Origin: Eledone cirrhosa
Lineage: Eukaryota
Direction of reading: 5' to 3'
Assembly (NCBI GenBank): GCA_964016885.1
Contig: CAXHJY010001667.1
Coordinates: forward strand, 9,066-73,065
DNA: 64,000 nt
A program made the position numbers and the translations under genes. Numbering within the stretch: the first letter of the stretch is position 1; the number at the start of each line of letters is the position of its first letter. Shown here one piece after another: positions 27,887 through 39,009 of this stretch. The notes beneath the pieces were generated by a model. That model did not search any database and was not told the DNA's origin. It saw nothing but the letters and a program-made list of their open reading frames with translations.

Positions 27887-27963
27887 CAGGGTGTCTCGAA
27901 AAAATGTATACACACTTTGATTAGAATGGTGTTGAAGTGTGTATATATTTTTGAGACACCCTG
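27887..27963. mobile_element. Tc1/mariner-type MITE (77 bp)
   Basis: TIRs cagggtgtctcgaaaaaatgtatacacactt / aagtgtgtatatatttttgagacaccctg; TA flanks. Confidence 0.85.
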
Positions 27964-28046
27964 TATATGTGTGTATGTATATATATATATAAATCTGAGT
28001 TTTTCGAATATTAATGATAATATTCGATTCGTGTTTTTTATTTATT

Positions 28047-28084
<38 letters not shown>

Positions 28085-28107
28085 GTTATTATTACTTTCA
28101 AAGTAAA

Positions 28108-28300
28108 AGGGCGGTGAATTAGCAGTATCAGTAGAGGGTCGGACACCATGCTTTGACGCATAGAGTTACGGCCCTTGCCATTCTGAGTTCAAATCCCGCC
28201 GAGGTTAACTTTGCCTTTCATCCTTGCGAGGGTCGATAAAATAAAGTACCAGTAATGTACTAATAATCGTTGGCCTTGTGCCAATAGTAGAAACAATTAT
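28108..28300 (+). mobile_element. SINE family 1 with ~20 bp target site duplication (attactttcaaagtaaaagg)
   Basis: Intact A and B boxes; flanking direct repeat. Confidence 0.92.
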
Positions 28301-28546
28301 TACTTTCAAAGTAAAAGGTGTCATGAAGGATACAAAATGAAACATCAAACATATGTCTTGCCTCTAAAAACAGCTCAATATAGAATTCAGAGAATAAAAT
28401 CGAGCCTTAATCTTTATATATATATATAGTGAAAGACTGAAAAGTAACATGGTCGGCTGTATAACAAGAGGCTTTATTTCAGGTATTAACAATTGTTTCA
28501 TTGATCCGCTGAGTCTAGATTACCTATAACGATAACTTGCTATCCC

Positions 28547-28582
<36 letters not shown>

Positions 28583-28617
28583 GTATATATATATGTGTGT
28601 GTGTGTGTGTATATATA

Positions 28618-28855
28618 TTGTTGCTTGAGTGTAGGATTGTAATCACTACAAAAGAGTCCTCAATATGTAAACATAGGGGTAAATATATTATATTATATAA
28701 AACATGACAAACTGGTACATACCTTTCTAGATATTCGGAGTTTCCCTAAGCAGGATGACGTTGTTTCGATTATTAGCGAAAATAGAAAGTGTATTACCGG
28801 CGGTGATTATACCGGTGAAGTCCCTCTTGAAAAACTATCCTGTTTGGAAACATGT
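28618..28855 (-). mobile_element. (TA)n-flanked element with bulged-hairpin tail (family I)
   Basis: Minus strand reads cccc-TATG-ttta-CATA-TT-GAGG at 28658-28679, with a GAAACAACGTC remnant upstream. Confidence 0.45.
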
Positions 28856-29017
28856 ATATACACACTGCATCCTTACATACACACATCTACAGGTATGTTT
28901 GTACATACACATATACATGCACACATATATGTGCAATGTATATATCCGCGCGCACAAGCCCACATATGCTCGTGTGTGTAAATGTATATATATATATATA
29001 TATACACACACAGGGAA

Positions 29018-29337
29018 TGCGCGTGGCTTTGTGGTTAAGGAATTCGGCTTACAATCGCAAGGTTGTGAGTTCGATTCCCGGCGGCGCGTTGTGTCCTTGA
29101 GCAAGACATTTTATTTCACGTTGCTCCACTGCACTCAGTTGGCAAAAGTGAGTTGTACCTGTAATTCGAGGGGCCAGTTTTGTCACATTCTCTGTCACGT
29201 TGAATCTCCCTGAGAACTGCGTCAAGGAGTACGCATGTAGATGGAATGCTCAGTCATTTGCACGTTAATTTCACAAGTAGGCTGTTCCGTTGATCGGATC
29301 GACTGGAAAACTCGTCGTTGTAACCGACGAAGTGCCT
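29018..29337 (+). mobile_element. tRNA-derived SINE, family 2b
   Basis: A box tggctttgtgg, B box gagttcgattcc and gtgtccttgagcaagac. Related heads at 37912-38045 and 59735-59870; a degraded 3' part at 33490-33660(-). Confidence 0.85.
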
Positions 29338-29429
29338 CATACATACACATACACACACACACATTTTCTTTATAATCGGTGCAGGAGAGGTAAAACCTGC
29401 TGATGGTCTTTTAAAACTAGGAACATTTT

Positions 29430-29745
29430 GTCTAAAATGTTAGGGTGGTTATTCGGCGGTCCTGGAGCATGTTATCTGTGGTGGCTGCTGGGTGCCTAAC
29501 TATTTTCTGACAAAAAACTGAGTAAATATTTTGTTCTATGTAGGCATGACTTACACATCTTATTGCTGGAGTTAAGGCAGTGAATGTTTCCATACAAGCC
29601 ATTTCTCGGTGTTGCAGAGCCCACATCTCTTAGAACCATTGATGTAGGGCTTATATCTTTCTGCTGTCTTCCAGTTGATGTTGTAATCAGTAGAGTTCTC
29701 TTCCAACTTCCATACACGACTGAAGAGCTTAGACGATCTAGCATC
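29430..29745 (-). pseudogene. Degenerate RTE-clade LINE C-terminal fragment
   Basis: Frames give SSVVYGSW, NGLYGNI and RHPAATTDNMLQD, resembling RTE motifs SVLLYGSETW, NEELYG and GRP..TYID.L. Confidence 0.5.
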
Positions 29746-29854
29746 TCTACTTTAGTCTAGCATTTTCTAAAGTAGAAGATGCTAGACTAAAGTAGAAGAT
29801 GCTAGATGGTCGGTCGTCCACTTGTCTATGATTTTCAGCCCCATAGATTTTATC

Positions 29855-30133
29855 TGTTATATTCCTTTGTTATATTTCGAATACCTGATGATATCACCGG
29901 ATTCATACGGAACCCGGTCATTGAAATGATCATAGTATAATAAACCTTTCAAGGATTTACACAAATCCAGCCTCCTGTTATTTTATTATAATAATTAACT
30001 CCGTACTCGCACCACCAACTACACAAACGAAGACGGGTGAACTGCATTACGTTGAGTACTCTCCATAATATTACATCGAGATTGACCATACGAAATGACC
30101 AACTCTATCCAGTCGTGAACCAACAAACCTAAA
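29855..30133 (+). mobile_element. Penelope-like pLTR plus tail, family D
   Basis: Contains a hammerhead at 29881-29938 and ACTC-CGTA...TACG-TT-GAGT at 29998-30057. A second tail-less copy lies at about 30265-30403. Confidence 0.75.
29881..29938 (+). ncRNA. Type I hammerhead ribozyme with loopless palindromic stem III
   Basis: Stem I atac/gtat; CTGATGA; stem II accggattc/gaacccggt; GAAA; ATGATCAT palindrome; AUA triplet. Confidence 0.72.
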
Positions 30134-30139
30134 TAAATA

Positions 30140-30185
<46 letters not shown>

Positions 30186-30424
30186 CTTGAAGGCGGCCAC
30201 TCGGACTGACAACTGCTAATTTTTTGGCCGCCTTCTCGTCTTGGGCATCTCTCTGGATTGTGTCTATTATATTCATTTGTTAAATTTCGGAATACCTGAT
30301 GATGTCACCGGATTCATACTGAACCCAGTCATTCAAATGTTCATAGTATAACAAACCTTTAAGGAATTACACCAGTCCAGCCTCCTGTTATTTTATAATA
30401 ATTTTATATATATATGTATGTATA

Positions 30425-30464
<40 letters not shown>

Positions 30465-30849
30465 ACATATGTGATGAGTGGTGGTGTGCTTTGTGTGGTG
30501 GGGGAGATCAGTAAACTGCAGTGCAAGTTGCCATGTTTCGATACTTAGACTAAAAGGTGACGAACTGATGTGTGCTGGTGATGAGACTGTGCGAGATATT
30601 TTACCTCAAACAGCAATAACGGCTGAAATTATCTCCCTTGAGAGTATTTCATCTGAAGAACGATCAGATAGGTTGACACCTGTTGCTTTCTTGGGTGACA
30701 AGGTGTTACATACTGAGGTTATATATGGAAACAGGACATGGTAGCAATGATATTTCTCACTCACTTGATGATAATAGGAAACAGTGTCTCTCTCTTTCGT
30801 TTTCATAGTTAAATTGACGTTCCTATTTTACACGCTCACATATGTACCC

Positions 30850-30891
<42 letters not shown>

Positions 30892-31006
30892 CCACACACA
30901 CGCATATATATATATGTACATATATATATATGGATACATATGTATATATACATATATAGATATGCATACATATATACGCGTGTGTATATATACGCATGTA
31001 CATAAC

Positions 31007-31047
<41 letters not shown>

Positions 31048-31740
31048 GTGTGTTTTATCTATAGCAACCCGGAATAAATAATATATATACAGACATACAT
31101 AATATATAATGTCTTTCACTCTGTATCTATCTATCTCAACGTCTCTTGGCAATGTTTATTTTACAATACAGATATGTTTGCATATTCTAACGCTTAACAT
31201 GTAATATTGGTTCTTGTAGACGTAATCGTCTCCACAGCATTACACCATTTTCTTTCATCTCCTACGTTTCCAACTGGAGGAGATTCTACATGCTTTTGTT
31301 TTCAGCTGTCATTGCTCACCCACGTTTGAATATTAAACTGCATATTACATTTTAACTGGCTTCGTTTTGTGTTTTCTAATATAACTTTACTTAGTGTTTC
31401 TTTTTTGGCTTTTTTTTTTGTGTGGGGTTTTTTGATTTTTTAAATAGCTTTTCTATAGTTTCTACGCCAGTTCCAGTTATATATAACCGAAACAATTATT
31501 TGTTGCAGCTAGCTGCATTCATTAAACTATTTTCTCCTTTTGTTAAGATGGTGGATTTTTTCATCCACTGTACAGTAGAAAATGATTTTATTTTAAATGT
31601 AAAACATGAAATAACGAAGAAGAATGTCAAAGAAAGAGAGAAGAAAAATGAAAGAAAACACAAGAGAAAATTGAAAGACAAATTGACGGAGTTTGGATTG
31701 TTTATTTCACACTGACATAACCATTGTACTAGATTAGATG

Positions 31741-31926
31741 CAGACCTGTCAATTCTCCCCGTTCAACGGGGGAGATTTGCAATAGCCTTTGGGGTGGGTG
31801 AGAGATGTCTTCTCTTGTGAAAATGAGTATAGCTTTCGTTAAGTAAAATCTCCCCATTTCTCCCCGTTTTGGGGCACTTTTCTTCGTGGTACTCCCCGTT
31901 TGGGTTTTTAGAGGTTGGCAGGTCTG
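31741..31926. mobile_element. hAT-like MITE with 6 bp target site duplication
   Basis: TIRs cagacctgtcaa / ttggcaggtctg; TAGATG on both sides; subterminal ctccccgtt repeats. Confidence 0.85.
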
Positions 31927-32026
31927 TAGATGACTCAGATTTTAAAATTGAGCAAGCATTCGTAAGCCAAGCGATTGAAAGAAGACGCTGCTGTTTTATC
32001 TTATAAAATATTAAGTGAACGAAATA

Positions 32027-32235
32027 ATCACTCGATCGACGAGCCGTCTCAAGTTGGTACAGTCACTCAATCGTTGAGTCGTCTCGAGTTGGTATAGTCA
32101 CTCCATCGTTGAGTCGTCTCGAGTTGGTACAGTCACTCAATCGTTGTGTCGTCTGAAGTTGGTACAGTCATTCAATCGTTGAGTCGTCTCGAGTTGGTAT
32201 AGTCACTCAATCGTTGAGTCGTCTGAAGTTGGTAG
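32027..32235. repeat. 35 bp minisatellite (agttggtacagtcactcaatcgttgagtcgtctcg), about 6 copies
   Basis: Seen directly. Confidence 0.95.
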
Positions 32236-32455
32236 TAATATATCACTTCATCTAGTTAGTTCAGATTTATTTTCGTTTTTTATTTTCTATGCATAATTAT
32301 GTTATGAAGACTAATTAAAAATTTCAAAGGTCTAATTACTAAGTCAGGTACATTAGATATCACATTTTTATTCATATAATTATAGTGTTTCTTCAAGGTT
32401 ACTAATGACAGCTTCAAATGAATTAAGTTGAGGTTACATTCTAGAAATTAATATC

Positions 32456-32620
32456 GGGTACACTAGAAGAGGAAGACCAAGGTTAACATATGTTGATGCC
32501 CTAAGGACAGACACTGGTCTGTTGGAGATGCAGGATATGGCAGCGATAATGAGGGACAGAGACCGCTGGAGAGAACTCGTCCATGGATCTCGGGAATTTT
32601 ACCCGCCTTAGATAGATAGA
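32456..32620 (+). mobile_element. 5'-truncated RTE-clade LINE 3' end with (TAGA)n tail
   Basis: Reads GYTRRGRPRLTYVDALRTDTGLLEMQDMAAIMRDRDRWRELVHGSREFYPP* (32456-32611), matching the RTE C-terminal pattern R.RGRP...D...A.DR..WR. Confidence 0.85.
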
Positions 32621-32698
32621 TATATGCAGGGTGTCACCAAAAATGTATACACACTTTGATTACTTGTACAGGCAATATTTATTAGAATGCTGTTGAAG

Positions 32699-32750
<52 letters not shown>

Positions 32751-33872
32751 AGTTTAAACAATGAATAAATAAGACAAGATAAAGTAGTTATTTAATCAAA
32801 TACATTACGATCGTTTCAGAGAGCAAAAAATACCGATGTGTGGACCAGTTGATGACAGTTATGCATCTACATACCATTAACCTCGAAAAGGCATATTTAG
32901 TAGTTTGCTGTCTATCGTCAGTAAACTATGTTTCTGAGAATAGACGTAATCAATTTTCAAAAATAATGATATATTATATTCAGACAAATCGAATAGTTTG
33001 TTTTGTGAAATATTTTATTCAATTATTCATACAAAATTTGTTTATTCAGAAAACTTCAATAGCATTGCTTAGATACTTACTTTCTGTATATTATATGTCA
33101 ATATATAATATAAGAAACCATTATATGTATATATATAATACATTTAAATCATGCCGGCATTCGTAATATATAATGCAATGAAACAAGGAAATAAAAAATA
33201 TATGATGAAAATATCTAATTAATCCTTGATAGATTTTACTAGAAAATTCCTCTGGTCAAAAGAAATGCCAAGGAAATATTTATGAGATACATATTTGCAT
33301 TTGGTGTCAACGATATTTATTCCAATATCTCGTAAAATATCATGTCATAATAATTTGTAATTTTAATATTTTTGTATATGACTTCTGGGAATCGAAGAAA
33401 AAAAACTTTCATCCCGAGACATGTACCATTAATCTACAATATATATATATACCATTAGTGTATATTTTCTAGAATCGTATGGAAGATGGAATAGACCTCT
33501 GCGCTGGCTTTGACGATGTATGTTCCAATTATTTGATCAACGGAACATCCTATTCCTCAAATTAACTGAACATTCTACAGACATATGCATGTACTCCCAG
33601 GGATACGTAGCATGACACTGTGTGTGACAAGGATACACGTTTGAATTTCAGGTACAGTCTATGTTATGTTGGAATGATAGAAGCTGAGTAGTTCATAGAT
33701 ACGTGTACAGTTAATTTAATTCTCGGATTCAACTAACACAGCGTGTGTCATAGCTGGTACTATGAATTATAGGTATAGTCAACCCGAAGACGGGTTTCCC
33801 TATTTTCGTCTGCTCAATTTCTCTCACAAAACTTGGTGTCAACTCGAGGCTATGGAAATTCTCAAAGTTTAT

Positions 33873-33910
<38 letters not shown>

Positions 33911-34276
33911 ATATAAGTCGATCGACTTTCGTCAAATCGGACCGAGGAAACAATGTTTCCGTTGGTCTTTCCAATTGCTAATACTCTCTATCGGTCGAAA
34001 CTCCAGGTAGAAGGAGCAGCGTGAAATAAATTGAAATAAAGTGTCTTGCCCAAGGACACAGCGCATCGCCTGGTCCGAGAATCGAACTCACAACCTCACG
34101 ATTGCGAATCCAATTCTCTAACCAGTCAGCCACGCGCCTTCACATATATAATATACATATAGGAATAAACACAGTAAATTGTGTAAAACACAGTAAAACG
34201 TTGGTTTGACGAATATAAACTGAATCAAACGGAAAATAGAAGATAAAATTAAAATGTGACCGTTTCAATAACTATT

Positions 34277-34365
34277 ATCTCCCGGACAGATAAGAGATTA
34301 ATCTGTTTCGCCCTGAAAAGTTGTGTTTGTAACAGATAATCCGGAGGCAGTCCTCAGCAGGAGAT
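34277..34365 (-). ncRNA. Type I hammerhead ribozyme, intact core
   Basis: Stem I atctcctg/cgggagat (8 bp); CTGAGGA; long, weakly paired stem II region; GAAA; stem III ACAGAT/ATCTGT; GUC triplet. Confidence 0.7.
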
Positions 34366-34521
34366 GAGATTATAAGCAACAAACACGAGGGAATGAAATA
34401 CCTCGTGCGTTCGTCGTTTCAAGTGGCGTGGCTGGATTGTAAAACGGCTAGAAATAATAGCCTAAATTCACCCAACTTGTTAGCTGGACAACTAGGAGCC
34501 AAAATTCATATATATATATAT

Positions 34522-34835
34522 ATTAATACAATAACAGAGATAGTTTAAAGCTAATCTCTGACTGGTAACCATCTCACTCAACAAACATTAGGTTATATTT
34601 TAATATAAACCCAATTTAAGTGTTTGGGGTGCTAACAATATGTATTATGTGGAAAAGCCAGTTGTATTATTTTATGAGATATAATTAAAGTTAAAATATA
34701 TCTCTCTTTCCAAACAATTGTTTCATTATAAGTTTTCTACAATCTCGGAGAATATTTCCAGTTTATGTAGAAGCCTAAAATACATTCATGTTAGAATATA
34801 TTTAGGTGGGCGTTTATAAATCATTAGTGGAAGCC
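34522..34835 (-). mobile_element. Penelope-like pLTR plus tail, family J
   Basis: Hammerhead at 34708-34832; tail hairpin accc-CAAACA...TGTTTG-TT-GAGT at 34576-34630; ends in (TA)n. Confidence 0.65.
34708..34832 (-). ncRNA. Hammerhead with large branched stem II (G5A mutation in this copy)
   Basis: Stem I ttcca/tggaa; CTAATGA; stem II ttataa/ttataa enclosing two hairpins; GAAA; ACAATTGT palindrome; GUU triplet. Confidence 0.6.
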
Positions 34836-35481
34836 CATTAAACTTTGATATAAGAAAAAAAATTTTCTTACCGCAGTTAAAATTCGTGTCTGTTTAAGTT
34901 GCTCCTTCCCGCATCGAATGACCGGCAAATTTGAAATTCCAGCAGTTTTTGACTGAGGAAGTATTATAGCGTCACTAAGCGGGAAGGGGAGACAACTACG
35001 ATCCACGAAAGGAGGGAAAAAAATAATATACACGCGGGTTAATTAGTTTTTTCGAAAACATTATTAATCCAACGTGTTAAGAACTCAATTGAAATTAAAA
35101 AAATAAATATATGCGTGTATAAATTACACACGCATATAGATATTTTCTTAGGCTAAAATCAGAGGTTGTACCTGAATAAGAAACCGCATCTCGTAACCGT
35201 TGTAAATACGGAAAGTTATGCTTTAAAGGACAAATGGGAATGTAAATCTCCGGCCGAATTAAGAGTAAAATATATATATAGTAATAATAATAATATTTAT
35301 ACTTATATATGTTTAATACAACTATAAATATGGAGGGTAGTACTAGGTACTAGCCGGTTACCGGTAGGATAAAAGGCTCAATGCAAATTTTCAAGCAATG
35401 TCTAGGACACTGACAGCATTTATGTATCTACCTAAATGTTCTGAAGACTAGGATTTTAATCACCTGTTTAGACATTTCCTA

Positions 35482-35528
35482 TGCTCCGATGATTCCAGAC
35501 ATCCCTCTGGAAGAAACAATTGTCAGCA
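35482..35528 (+). ncRNA. Compact type I hammerhead (CCGATGA core variant)
   Basis: Stem I tgct/agca; CCGATGA; stem II ttccaga/tctggaa; GAAA; ACAATTGT palindrome; GUC triplet; (TA)n about 40 nt downstream. Confidence 0.68.
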
Positions 35529-35573
35529 AATAAATGTATTAAACTAAGATTTGATTGTTTTAACACTTTGTAT

Positions 35574-35608
<35 letters not shown>

Positions 35609-36003
35609 TCATTTATTATGACAAAGTGGTGAGCCATGTAACTCTGGAGTTTTATCTGTTGCACTCATCAGATCATCTTGTCTGGTGATTCTCCAGAGTA
35701 ACAAGGCTTACCACTTTGCCATAATAAAATGAATATTTAAACTCTACTTCAGTATTGAGAACTCATTATCACGCCCACCAATAATGCATGAAATGTACAT
35801 ATATAGAAGTACCACTGGCGTTTATTCCTAACAAGATAAATACTGTTTACATTATAAACATTATTATTTGTTTAATTATCTAATTCTTACTTTATTTTCT
35901 GTTTCAGTTTCGTAGACAACCAGACTCATTATCATTAAACAATATTTTGGAATAATATAATTAATCAATAATGACAGACTTTTCTCAAATTTGTTTTGTT
36001 TAG

Positions 36004-36062
36004 AAAGAGATGTTACATCACTGAATATGGCAACTGTCCCTCAAACACACAACCTACCACTT
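36004..36062 (+). other. Possible host exon
   Basis: Acceptor tttgttttgtttag and donor GTATGT; open frames (RDVTSLNMATVPQTHNLPL); no recognised homology. Confidence 0.25.
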
Positions 36063-36397
36063 GTATGTCTTCGTATTTGTTCCACGATACGCCATTGAAG
36101 TGTAGAAACAAACAAATGAACATAGTTTGCCATGGGTACTACTCAAACAACAAAACTACTGTTAATGTTGAGAGAGAAAGGTCGTGGAATCATTATAGTG
36201 TAGCCAGTGTCTGATACTTCTTGAATGTCCTGACATTAACGGACAGATTCCATTTTATAAGGGTTGCCATTTAAACCTCAGGTATCTCCTTAGTTCCTCT
36301 GTCAAATCGAGACAAGGGCATCATGCCTGACAAAGGAGCTCCACCTTAGGTAGAAGGGTTGATGTAGCAGACATCGCTGGCTATTATTCACAGCAAC

Positions 36398-36620
36398 GGG
36401 CGGTGGATTGGCAGTATCGGTAGAGAGTCGGACGCCATGCTTTGCAGCATAGAGTTACGGTCCTTTTATGTTCCGAGTTCAAATCCCGCCGACGTTAACT
36501 TTGCCTTTCATCCTTACGGGGTTAATAACATTAAGCACCAGTAACGTACTAGAGTCGATTTAATCGACATTCCCCTCCACCCAAATTACTGACCTTGTGC
36601 CTATGCTAGAAATCATTATT
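36398..36620 (+). mobile_element. SINE family 1, full length, target site duplication attattcacagcaac
   Basis: A box TGGCAGTATCGG, B box GAGTTCAAATCC, Meta-like core and tail. Further full copies at 42647-42832(+), 44548-44737(-), 45663-45837(-), 50515-50730(-), 58598-58785(+), 60270-60480(-) and 61928-62153(-). Confidence 0.93.
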
Positions 36621-36835
36621 CACAGCAACGCTATTCAATAAGGAGTGTAGAGTTTGCTCTCCTACACCATTTTTTTAAATATATTTTTTTCTTATTTTTC
36701 TTATTTTTCTTATTTTTCTTATTTTTCTTATTTTATTCATTTACACTTTTACTGGTTTCAGTTATTAGACTACGGCCATATTGGATATTTGTAAATTCTT
36801 ACCTTCAGTTTTTTGTTTTTGCCTTCGATGAAAGA

Positions 36836-36963
36836 GAATGTGATTAGGACCACACCTGGTCTCTTGTCAATATGATTAGGGCTATGCCTGGTCTCTAGTG
36901 AATGTTATTAGGGCTATGCCTGGTCTCTTGTGAATGTGATTAGGGCCACGCCTGGTCTCTTGT
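36836..36963. repeat. ~31 bp minisatellite (gaatgtgattagggctatgcctggtctcttgt), 4 copies
   Basis: Seen directly. Confidence 0.85.
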
Positions 36964-37077
36964 CTCAACCAGCTACATTGCAGAGTGTACATGTAACTAG
37001 AGTGAGGCAGGGACCAGTGAAAAAACCGACTTTTGCACGTGACCAATTTAATATACATATATATAATATATACATAT

Positions 37078-37121
<44 letters not shown>

Positions 37122-37222
37122 CCACAATAATCCAGGACTGTAGCACGATTTTCACTCCTCTGTTGTGATAACTGTGAAAGAGAATTAAAAAAAATACGAA
37201 TATATAACTTTAAAAAAAACAA

Positions 37223-37705
37223 GGCAAAAGGCCAGACGGTATGACCATCTTCCTGTTCCGCGGTGGCAAACCCCTTGTCTGGAATGCCACTTGCAGCGAC
37301 ACTTTCTCCAGCCGCAACCTGGTGCAGTCTGCGACTAACCCAGGTTCTGCTGCACGTCGGGCTGAGGAGGCCAAACTCTCCAAGTACCAGTCGCTCTCCG
37401 ACAGGTTCGCGGTCGTGCCCTTGGCAGTGGAGACTACTGGTGTCCTTGGCCCTAGGGCTACCTCCCTATTCACCACCATAGGCGCTGAGCTGGCCAGCCG
37501 CAGGTGTGAGCCTCGCGAGTTGGAATGGCTCTTCCAGCGCGTCTCCCTTACCATCCTCCGGGGAAACTCCTTCTCCATCCTGTCCACCGGGGCTGTGGGG
37601 AGGCCAGCACGTGGGACCCCATTTGCTCACCATACGGATTAATAGGCAAAGTTATAAACTATTGTAAATAAATGACTTTTTGCTTATTTATTAAAAAAAA
37701 ACAAA
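37223..37705 (+). mobile_element. 5'-truncated CRE-clade non-LTR retrotransposon (restriction-like endonuclease domain)
   Basis: Reads GKRPDGMT...LVWNATCSDT...AEEAKLSKY...VPLAVETTG...LFQRVSLTILRGN to a stop at 37642. Followed by AATAAA and an A tail, with a possible TSD ttaaaaaaaacaa. Confidence 0.9.
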
Positions 37706-38289
37706 AAAACTTCCATTATATTGAAAAAACACTAGAGTGGTGGTTTGGTTGAGTCGTTAGAGCGCCGGACTAAATACTTAGTACTATTTCTTCTAGTACT
37801 TTACCATCACAGTACAAGTTCGTTTTTAACCCTTTCGAGGTTGAAAAAGTAAAGTACTAGTCAAGTACTCAGATCGATATAATCGATTTTCCCTTCTACC
37901 TGAAACTGTGAAAGCGCATGGCTTAGTGGTTAGAGCATTGGCTTAGGTTGTGAGTTCAATTCTCAGACCGGGTGATGTGTTGTTTCCTTGAGCAAGACAC
38001 TTTATTTCACGTTGCTCCAGTTTACTCAGCTGTAGAAATGAGATGATAGGGACTGGGGTCCCTATCATTAAATTACCCAAGACACCTCCCACGAGGCCAG
38101 CTAAATCTGCATAGGTGTGAGCTGTCACACACACAACCTGAAATTGCTGACCTTGTGCCACAAAAACTAGATACCATTATATTGGGGAAGTTCTAGAAAT
38201 ACATGGAATAATGTTGTTGTTGTTGTAGAGAGGATAGAGAAGAGAAATGAAAGTAAATCTAAAAATAAGAATACATGTATTACTAACAC

Positions 38290-38830
38290 TTTATATCTAT
38301 TATCTGATATTTATCAGTTATCTATTATATTACATCTATCATCTAATATATATAACATCTAATTATCTGACATCTCTAATATCACATTACCTGACATACG
38401 TTATCTAACATCCGTTGTTTAACATTTGATATCCAACATTTGATATCCAACATTTGATATCCAACATTTGATATCTAACATCTTATTATCTCACATATAT
38501 TATCTAACATACATTATCTAACATATATTATCTAACATCTATTATCTAACATCTATCACCTAACATTTAATATCTAACATCTATTACCTAACATCCATTA
38601 TCTAACATCTATTATCTAACATTTGTTATCTATTGTCTAACAGTTGTAGTCTATTATCTAACATATTGCATAACTTATATTACCTAATATATTGCATAAC
38701 TTATATTACCTAATATATATTGCATAACTTATATAATCTAACATCTATTTATCCTTGACATCGACTATTTGACATCTATTTTCTTATAGCTATCATTTAA
38801 TAGCCATTATCTAACATCTATTTATCTAAC
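38290..38830. repeat. Degenerate tattatctaacatc minisatellite
   Basis: Seen directly. Confidence 0.85.
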
Positions 38831-39009
38831 AATTGACAACATCGCAACAAACGCTGGCTTTATTTAGATGTGTTGATGCTACAGAGAGAATAAGGGAGAC
38901 AATAACAATAGATGTGATACTGTAGATATCATACTGAATGGTGTTGGGGTTGTAAAGAGAAGAGAGTGGGGAGATGATATCACAATAGATGTTATATTAT
39001 GTGGTGGCG

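Noticed and set aside
36398-36490. tRNA genes suggested by A and B boxes
   Set aside because: The boxes belong to SINE heads with no cloverleaf, followed by SINE core and tail.
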